The position numbers and the translations under genes were made by a program. Of a stretch of DNA of 30,000 nucleotides, positions 24,342-30,000 are shown one piece after another. Under the pieces are notes generated by a model that worked only from the letters and a program-made list of their open reading frames with translations, was not told where the DNA came from and searched no databases. This DNA comes from Telmatospirillum sp. (GTDB taxonomy: Bacteria > Pseudomonadota > Alphaproteobacteria > Rhodospirillales > Magnetospirillaceae): assembly GCF_031291415.1 (NCBI RefSeq), contig NZ_JARLJB010000228.1, positions 45,165 to 75,164 of the forward strand. The letters are read 5' to 3'. Numbering within the stretch: position 1 is the first letter of the stretch; each line of letters starts with the position of its first letter.

Positions 24342-24668
24342 ATGCAAGGGTTCATCAAAGGTGTTGTTTTCGGGATTGTCTTGGTCGGGGGGCTGGTCGC
24401 GGCCATCGATCCCGCTCTCGCGGCGGACAGCAGCGGTTCCGGAATTTTCTCAAGTGTCCAGAGTAAGGCGACCGACATTTTTACCAATGTGCGGAACATC
24501 TTGATGATCGTTGGCGCAATTGCGGTTCTCGGATTGGCGACGATGGCCTTCTTCGGAAAATTCAAATGGTCGTGGGCCGTCAGCCTTTTGGGTGGATTGG
24601 TTCTAATCGCATTTGTTGGGCAGGTTGTTCAGTATTTTATTTCAAGTGCAAGCATTCCAACGAATTGA
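24342..24668 (+). CDS. virB2: T4SS major pilin, VirB2/TrbC family
   Basis: 108 aa. It has a signal peptide ending ALA-AD followed by two hydrophobic helices, which is the typical VirB2 layout. An AAGGAG RBS is present. It is the first gene before virB3 and virB4. Confidence 0.8.
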   Translation: MQGFIKGVVFGIVLVGGLVAAIDPALAADSSGSGIFSSVQSKATDIFTNVRNILMIVGAIAVLGLATMAFFGKFKWSWAVSLLGGLVLIAFVGQVVQYFISSASIPTN

Positions 24669-24690
24669 AATACAGCGGCAGGTGGCGGTG

Positions 24691-24981
24691 ATGAGGACAA
24701 TGTTGTTGCGAGTTGTGGCTGAACCTCAGCAAATATTTTGGGCGCCAGTTCTTCCGGCAGCAGCGAATGTGATGCTGAACGTATCTGCCATGATGTTCTG
24801 TATCGTTTTGTTCAACGTAAATCCTCTCCCGTTTTTTGTAACGTCGTTGGTCGGGCACGCCGTCATTGCCGGCTATGCCGTTCGCGAGCCACACCTCTCG
24901 ACATTGATCGCGGCATGGATGGAGACACGTCGGAAGACAGTCAACCTGAGGCCAGCCAAAGGGAACAAGTATGTCGCTTGA
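24691..24981 (+). CDS. virB3: T4SS protein VirB3/TrbD family
   Basis: 96 aa small membrane protein, located between the pilin and VirB4. Its stop overlaps the virB4 start. Confidence 0.75.
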   Translation: MRTMLLRVVAEPQQIFWAPVLPAAANVMLNVSAMMFCIVLFNVNPLPFFVTSLVGHAVIAGYAVREPHLSTLIAAWMETRRKTVNLRPAKGNKYVA

Positions 24982-27442
24982 TCCCAGTTTGGCGGCACAG
25001 CTCTCGGAGAGCGCAATCCTCGCTTTGACGCGTTCCGTGTCGCCCATGCAGATTGGTGCCGGCGTCGCCGGAGTTTTGGCCGGGGCGGCGGCCTTTGCCG
25101 GTCTGACGATCCCCGGGGTCGCACGACTGGTTTTGCCGCCGCCGAAGGAAACCCGTTTGGCTGACCATCTGCCGCTCGACAGGCTGCTGCCCGACGGCAA
25201 GACCATCGTTTGCCGGGATGGCACGCTGGTGCAATGCCTGACGGTCGACGGCAAGGACATCATGTTCTTGAGTGCCGCTGAACGGGATTCGCTTTTTCGC
25301 GTCAGAAAGAATTGGCTCGATGCCGTGGCGGAGCTGGGTGTCACCGCCCGGATCATGCTGGTGCGGGAGCGGATCAACATCGCAAGCAGCGATGATTTCG
25401 ATCATCCCCTGCTTCGTGAATTCTCACGTGCCTGGAATAAGTCATTTCGGAGCTCGTTCCACAACAAGCAGACGATCGTGCTTTCCATTTCCGGAAAGGC
25501 GCGTTCGGCGGCGTCGCGGCTATCTGAGGCCGTCGATGTTACCTTGCAGATTCTCGATCCCTATCGCCCCCGCCTCATGGTGCAGCCCGGAGAGCCGGAG
25601 AGCATTCCCGCCTCAAATCATTTATTGGCCTTTTGGGCGCAGATCGCCAGTCCGCTGTCACGGCCGATTCCGCTTTGCGGCGGCACGGCGATTTCCGAGG
25701 CGATTACCGCCGACACCGTCGAGTTCACCGGGGATGAAGGATTGATCGTCTTCCGGCGGGGTGACGAAAAGCTCTATGCCGCGGCAATCGGGATTCGTCG
25801 GTTCGGCGACTATGTCGATGAGCAGATGGTCGGCGATTTTTCCAGTCTCGATGGTGAGTTTGTCCTGCTCAATCTCGTCGATCCGTGGAGCAAAGCGGTC
25901 GCCGCGCTGAAGATCGCCCAAGAGAACAGAATGAGCATGGTGACGCGGCTCAGCGCGGCAGCAGGTGAGCAATATGATGCCGCCATGCAGATCATCGAGG
26001 GACTCGATGAAAACCGGTCGGCCCTGATGAATTACGGGCTGACCTTATTCGTTTTCGGCAAGTCCCCCGACGACATTAAACGGCTCGACAATGACGTCCG
26101 GAAGATCTGTTCGGCCTATGGAACCGTTTCCGTGCGCGAAGGTGTCGCAGCGCAGGCCAGTTGGTTCTCGCAGTTTCCCAGCTACGGTATTTGGCCTCGA
26201 AGCTTCCGTTTTTTTTCGTCCAATGTTGCCGGCAATGTCACACTCGACAGACCGCCGCCCGGGCTTCCGTCGTGCGATTGGGGCGAGGGGCCGTTGGCGA
26301 TGTTCCGAACCGCTGGCGGCACGACCTATTCCTTCCAACTCCATGTGTCCGCCGAGAAAGATGCCGTGGCTCATGCCGTTTGCATCGGTCCGACGGGAAG
26401 CGGCAAGACGACGGTCATGACCTTTCTTGCCGGAATGGCACTGCGGCACCGAAAACTGCGGGCCTATATCTTCGACCGCTATCAGGGTGCCTATGTTTTC
26501 ACAACGGCGTTGGGCGGTGGATATCTCAATCTGACCACCGGCGAGACCGCAGTCGGCGCCTGTTGCCTTAATCCTTTCCAATGCGCCGACACCCCGGAGA
26601 ACAGAGCATTCCTCAGGCTTTGGCTGCGGGCGATTTCCGGATGCGAGGATGCCGATTCTCTTGAGGAGATCGGCCTTGCCGTCCAGTCACTGTTCGACAG
26701 TTCCCTGCCGATGGAAAAACGGTCTTTGGAGACCGTATTCGATCCCTGTTTCAGTGCCACCGGCGCCGTCAAACAACAGCTCTTGAAGTGGGTGGACCCG
26801 GCTTATTACGGAAAGATGTTCAACGCGAGAAGAGATACTCTTGATATAAGAGAAAATCGTCTCGTTACGTTTGATATGACCGATATATTCAAGGATGAAT
26901 TGCTGGCTCAGGCGACAATATCCTATCTGATGCATCGCATTCAGGCGACGATCAGCGAATTCAATTCCCCTGCCTTTATCTTTATCGATGAAACCGAACC
27001 GATGTTACGGAACCCGATGTTCCGTACCTATTACCTCACCATGTTACAGGAATATCGAAAGCGGGGGGCGGCGGTCATTTCGGCGTTCCAACGGCCGGAA
27101 GCCATCGCGCAAGCCGGGATGGGGGAGGCAATTCGGGGGCAATGCCAAACCGTCTTCTTCTTTCCCAATGTCCAGGCGCGCGAGCAGGATTACGCCGATT
27201 GGAGTCTGACCGACACCGAATGGGGGTTCATCAAAGGGACCCTTCCGATCTCGCGGCGGCTGAAGAGATCGGTCCTGATCAAACGGGCAAGCGGCGAATC
27301 GGTGGTGCTCGACACCGACCTTTCGCCGCTTGGACCTTATCTCCGCATCTTCTCATCCGGACGGGAAAGTGTGTCTTTCGCGACGGAATTGCAACGCAAA
27401 TTCGGTGAAGACTGGGTGAAGCATTATGTCATGGGAAAATAG
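24971..27442 (+). CDS. virB4: T4SS ATPase VirB4/TrbE/CagE family
   Basis: 823 aa. The Walker A motif GPTGSGKTT is present and a Walker B-like FIFIDE. The size and position are typical of VirB4. Confidence 0.95.
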   Translation: MSLDPSLAAQLSESAILALTRSVSPMQIGAGVAGVLAGAAAFAGLTIPGVARLVLPPPKETRLADHLPLDRLLPDGKTIVCRDGTLVQCLTVDGKDIMFLSAAERDSLFRVRKNWLDAVAELGVTARIMLVRERINIASSDDFDHPLLREFSRAWNKSFRSSFHNKQTIVLSISGKARSAASRLSEAVDVTLQILDPYRPRLMVQPGEPESIPASNHLLAFWAQIASPLSRPIPLCGGTAISEAITADTVEFTGDEGLIVFRRGDEKLYAAAIGIRRFGDYVDEQMVGDFSSLDGEFVLLNLVDPWSKAVAALKIAQENRMSMVTRLSAAAGEQYDAAMQIIEGLDENRSALMNYGLTLFVFGKSPDDIKRLDNDVRKICSAYGTVSVREGVAAQASWFSQFPSYGIWPRSFRFFSSNVAGNVTLDRPPPGLPSCDWGEGPLAMFRTAGGTTYSFQLHVSAEKDAVAHAVCIGPTGSGKTTVMTFLAGMALRHRKLRAYIFDRYQGAYVFTTALGGGYLNLTTGETAVGACCLNPFQCADTPENRAFLRLWLRAISGCEDADSLEEIGLAVQSLFDSSLPMEKRSLETVFDPCFSATGAVKQQLLKWVDPAYYGKMFNARRDTLDIRENRLVTFDMTDIFKDELLAQATISYLMHRIQATISEFNSPAFIFIDETEPMLRNPMFRTYYLTMLQEYRKRGAAVISAFQRPEAIAQAGMGEAIRGQCQTVFFFPNVQAREQDYADWSLTDTEWGFIKGTLPISRRLKRSVLIKRASGESVVLDTDLSPLGPYLRIFSSGRESVSFATELQRKFGEDWVKHYVMGK

Positions 27443-28283
27443 CCGATTGTTTCACGGCGGCGTATCGCTGGCGATTTTGTTGCCGCTTGTCATCGCAAGC
27501 CCCGGCGTTGCGCATGCGCAAGGCTATCCGGTTATCGATTCCGCGGCCGTCGCAAAGGCGGTCGACAATCTGAACGCGGCGGCACAACAGGTGAAGGAAC
27601 TGAACGACATGCTCGTTCAGGTTCAGTCCATTGTGCAGACGGTCGGTAAGGAGGGGGTTCCGACGCTGCTGTTCCAGGAGGCTCTTTCGCAAAGCGGAAT
27701 CAGCCAATATGGCCCGCCGGTCAAAGACCTTTTGGATCAGGCCAACGCCACCTGGGGTACCGTGCAAGCCGGCTATACGGCCGGTCAGCAGACGGTCAAA
27801 AGCTTCAAGGACGTCCTGACGGAAGCCGACAAGCTCAAGGGCCAGGCCAACGCGTTGGGCGCCAAGCCCGATTTCTCCAGTTTTTTGGCGACGCAAACCT
27901 GGGTGAAGAAGGAACTGACTGTCGCCAAGGATGCCAATCTCACCGCCGTCGATCTGACGCGCAAAGCGCGGACCATGTTGGCCGGAGAAGCGGCGGCAAA
28001 TGCCTACGCCATTGCTCTCAATGCCCGTCAACAGGTGTCGACGATGGCTGATCGGGCTCAGAAACTGGCACAACAAGCCAACTCGGCGACCGACATGCGG
28101 TCGGATGTTGCCGCCAATACGGCCGTCATGCTGGCCATGCACGACGAAATGGCGCAGGTCCAGGCTCTCCTGGCTGCCGTTCTCGAAGTGCAAAGTTCGT
28201 CGCGATTGGCTGACATGGATCCGACGGTCAGTACGTCCGCCGCGTCCGGGGGGAGTGCGTCCTCTCCTGCGACCGGTCATTGA
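27426..28283 (+). CDS. virB5: TrbJ/VirB5-like T4SS minor pilus/periplasmic protein
   Basis: 285 aa with a signal peptide (...VAHA-QG). The mature N-terminus YPVIDSAAVAKAV...QQVKELNDML matches the PV(I/F)D start of TrbJ. The rest is helical and Ala/Gln-rich. It follows virB4 with a 17 nt overlap. Confidence 0.7.
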   Translation: MSWENSRLFHGGVSLAILLPLVIASPGVAHAQGYPVIDSAAVAKAVDNLNAAAQQVKELNDMLVQVQSIVQTVGKEGVPTLLFQEALSQSGISQYGPPVKDLLDQANATWGTVQAGYTAGQQTVKSFKDVLTEADKLKGQANALGAKPDFSSFLATQTWVKKELTVAKDANLTAVDLTRKARTMLAGEAAANAYAIALNARQQVSTMADRAQKLAQQANSATDMRSDVAANTAVMLAMHDEMAQVQALLAAVLEVQSSSRLADMDPTVSTSAASGGSASSPATGH

Positions 28284-28292
28284 GGCGCCGTC

Positions 28293-29876
28293 ATGAGATC
28301 TGGTTTCGCCGATTGGATCACCCGTCTCTGCCATCGGATGCAGTCGGCCGGCGGCCCTGGACGCCGTTTCGTGCTGGTCGCCTTCTGCGCGGCACATCCG
28401 ATCAATCCGCTGTGCTGCCCGACGCCATGTCCGGTCATCGACACGACGAAGGTCGCCGACTTTCTCCAGGAGGCCGAGCAGGTTTGGCAATCGGTCGAGC
28501 AATGTCGGCAAATGGCCGATCGTTACCTGACACTCGTCATGACATTCGGCCCGAACGGTCCGCTGGCGACGGAGTTGCGGCGTATTCCCGGCAATGCCAC
28601 GAATATCTTCAAGACTTTCAAGGTCGAGGTCCCCGGCATGATGAAGACGGGTGATCTCTCAAATCCACGAGCCGTATCGGAAATTCTGAAAACCGCTCTG
28701 CTCGATCCCGATTCCCTTTCGGTCAACCAGGTCACCAGTCAGATGTCCCGGGTCGGACAGCGGACGGCGCTGCTGGCCGAGGAGTCTTACAACGGTCTGG
28801 CGACCGGCCTGCGCGGATTTTCACGCCTTCCTGATGTCGTTGCCGACAGCGCCAAACAGGGAGAAACGGCGTCGCAGGCGCGAAACGGGCGAACTGATCT
28901 GGCCGCGAACGCTTCTGCCCGCCAGGCAATGATCGACAATCTCGGCGGAATGCAGGAATTACTTTCTTTGTGGGCGGCCGGCGAAGCATCGGCCGGGCTG
29001 GTCGATCATCCCGCATCTCCCGGGCGCCTGCCTTCGACGACCTCCCAGGCGCAGTCTTCGGCCCTTGCCCTGTCCTTGCGGGCGGCGGCGGTGCAACTCG
29101 ACCGCGTGAACAGTGTTCGCTCGGCCGTCCATCAAATGGACGAGACGATCTCCGCCCTGACCGCGCTGCACAACGAGCGGCATGCCGCTAATGTCATGAT
29201 CGCCCAGTATCCCGCTTTGTGGAATACGGTGGCGAGCGAGAACAAAGCCATTCAGTTCCGGGATGCCGACGCCGGTTCGGTGGTCGCATTGCTGTCTCGC
29301 GTGTTTTCCGACGGTGGCAAGGCGTTCCAGGCGGTGCAGAGCCAATTGCTGGCTCTCGATAAGACCGGTTGGAAGGATGTCGCCACCAAGACGGATGCCG
29401 CGGCATCGGCCGCTGCCGCGGTGGTCGCAGCGATGCAGTCGAACCCCGGTGTTTTCGGGATGCCGATCGACACGCAGTGGGGCACCGCCGCCGATGATAG
29501 TGACGGCCACCTCCTGGTCGATGATCTGGCATCTGGTTTTTCGGCTTGGCTGGAAGACGACAAACAGGTGAGGTTTTGGGCTCCGCTCCGCCGGGATGCC
29601 GAATCCGCCCTCAGCGGGTTGGACCAGAGAGTCCTGGAAATCAACAATCGTCGAGGTTTCGACATTACGGGCGGAGCCGCGGCCGATCGCGAGAAGACAA
29701 TTCTCAGCCAGTTCGACCAGCAATTCCAAGCCTACGGTTCCTTGGACAAGCAAAGCCTGGATGTCGGGCAAAGAGGCCAGGCGGCAGCGTCGGTGGCGGC
29801 CTTCCAGGAGGCCGCTTTGGCCGCCGCCGCCGACACCGCGGCGAAAACCTTTGTCACTGTTCGGTGGCCGCAATGA
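28293..29876 (+). CDS. Extended TrbJ/VirB5-like paralogue (527 aa) with an extra C-terminal region of roughly 290 aa
   Basis: Its N-terminus CPVIDTTKVADFLQEAEQVWQSVEQCRQMADRYLTLVMTFGPNG aligns without gaps to the preceding protein (13/44 identical, including PVID, VA and T.G..G). A second shared AAN-type segment is present. It has no internal TM helices, so it is not VirB6/TrbL. A GAGG RBS is present. Confidence 0.5.
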   Translation: MRSGFADWITRLCHRMQSAGGPGRRFVLVAFCAAHPINPLCCPTPCPVIDTTKVADFLQEAEQVWQSVEQCRQMADRYLTLVMTFGPNGPLATELRRIPGNATNIFKTFKVEVPGMMKTGDLSNPRAVSEILKTALLDPDSLSVNQVTSQMSRVGQRTALLAEESYNGLATGLRGFSRLPDVVADSAKQGETASQARNGRTDLAANASARQAMIDNLGGMQELLSLWAAGEASAGLVDHPASPGRLPSTTSQAQSSALALSLRAAAVQLDRVNSVRSAVHQMDETISALTALHNERHAANVMIAQYPALWNTVASENKAIQFRDADAGSVVALLSRVFSDGGKAFQAVQSQLLALDKTGWKDVATKTDAAASAAAAVVAAMQSNPGVFGMPIDTQWGTAADDSDGHLLVDDLASGFSAWLEDDKQVRFWAPLRRDAESALSGLDQRVLEINNRRGFDITGGAAADREKTILSQFDQQFQAYGSLDKQSLDVGQRGQAAASVAAFQEAALAAAADTAAKTFVTVRWPQ

Positions 29877-30000
29877 TCAAAATGAGACGTTTCCGGATCT
29901 TGTTGCTTCTTCTGTTCTCGCTGGCGGTGTCCAACGCGCCTGCGGTCGCGCAGCAAGCCGTTTGGGATCCCGAAGAAATCGCCCGTCTGGCCGAAAAGGC
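29873..30000 (+). CDS. Secreted protein, N-terminal fragment (continues beyond the window)
   Basis: An ATGA start/stop overlap joins it to the previous gene. The signal peptide is MIKMRRFRILLLLLFSLAVSNAPAVA. The mature start QQAVWDPEEIARLAEK loosely resembles the V.D...(I/V)A(K/R) start of the two TrbJ-like proteins. Confidence 0.5.
   Translation, partial: MIKMRRFRILLLLLFSLAVSNAPAVAQQAVWDPEEIARLAEK

Noticed and set aside
23958-24347. 130-codon N-terminal extension of the XRE/S24 repressor ORF
   Set aside because: XRE HTH domains are N-terminal. The extension has no domain-like sequence, would run across the divergent promoter region to within a few nt of the virB2 start, and has no RBS. I favour the start at 23957, but this was not proven.
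27429-29873. 360 aa and 304 aa minus-strand ORFs opposite the TrbJ-like genes
   Set aside because: The plus-strand genes have signal peptides, translational coupling and family motifs. The antisense products are Arg/Gly-rich and low in complexity.
1-30000. Scan for tRNA/rRNA genes, CRISPR arrays, IS elements, integrases and known defence-system genes
   Set aside because: No T-loop (GGTTCGAATCC-type) motif sits in a tRNA-sized context. There are no spaced direct-repeat arrays. No transposase, integrase, nuclease or helicase-like ORF was recognised in any frame.

Overview
This is GC-rich, alphaproteobacterial-looking chromosomal DNA. No rRNA, tRNA, CRISPR array or transposase was seen. It has four blocks. 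(1) Housekeeping genes: the gltX 3' end and cysS. (2) A hydroaromatic (quinate/shikimate) utilisation cluster: AroE/YdiB-type dehydrogenase, type II dehydroquinase, TetR regulator, MFS transporter, a methyl-accepting chemotaxis protein, a fused QuiC1-type 3-dehydroshikimate dehydratase and a divergent LysR regulator. (3) An IclR-controlled acyl-CoA module: acyl-CoA dehydrogenase, family-I CoA-transferase, ETF-ubiquinone oxidoreductase, EtfB, EtfA and an anion-type MFS permease. (4) After a roughly 1.1 kb poorly coding, partly AT-rich junction, the start of a type IV secretion locus. This locus has an XRE/S24 repressor coupled to a secreted thioredoxin, divergent from virB2-virB3-virB4 and at least two, possibly three, tandem TrbJ/VirB5-like genes, and it runs off the window. 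Four observations deserve follow-up. First, a promoter-operator module (CTTGAC, 7 nt, then a 15 bp IclR-type dyad) occurs three times with identical spacing and links the quinate-cluster transporter to the acyl-CoA/ETF genes. Second, the overall gene content mirrors the poorly understood E. coli ydi locus. Third, the T4SS has tandem diverged TrbJ-like proteins, one extended to 527 aa, where VirB6/TrbL is expected. Fourth, the T4SS-adjacent S24 repressor has no lysine in its protease-like domain. All calls rest on reading the ORF translations and the DNA by eye; no database search was run.
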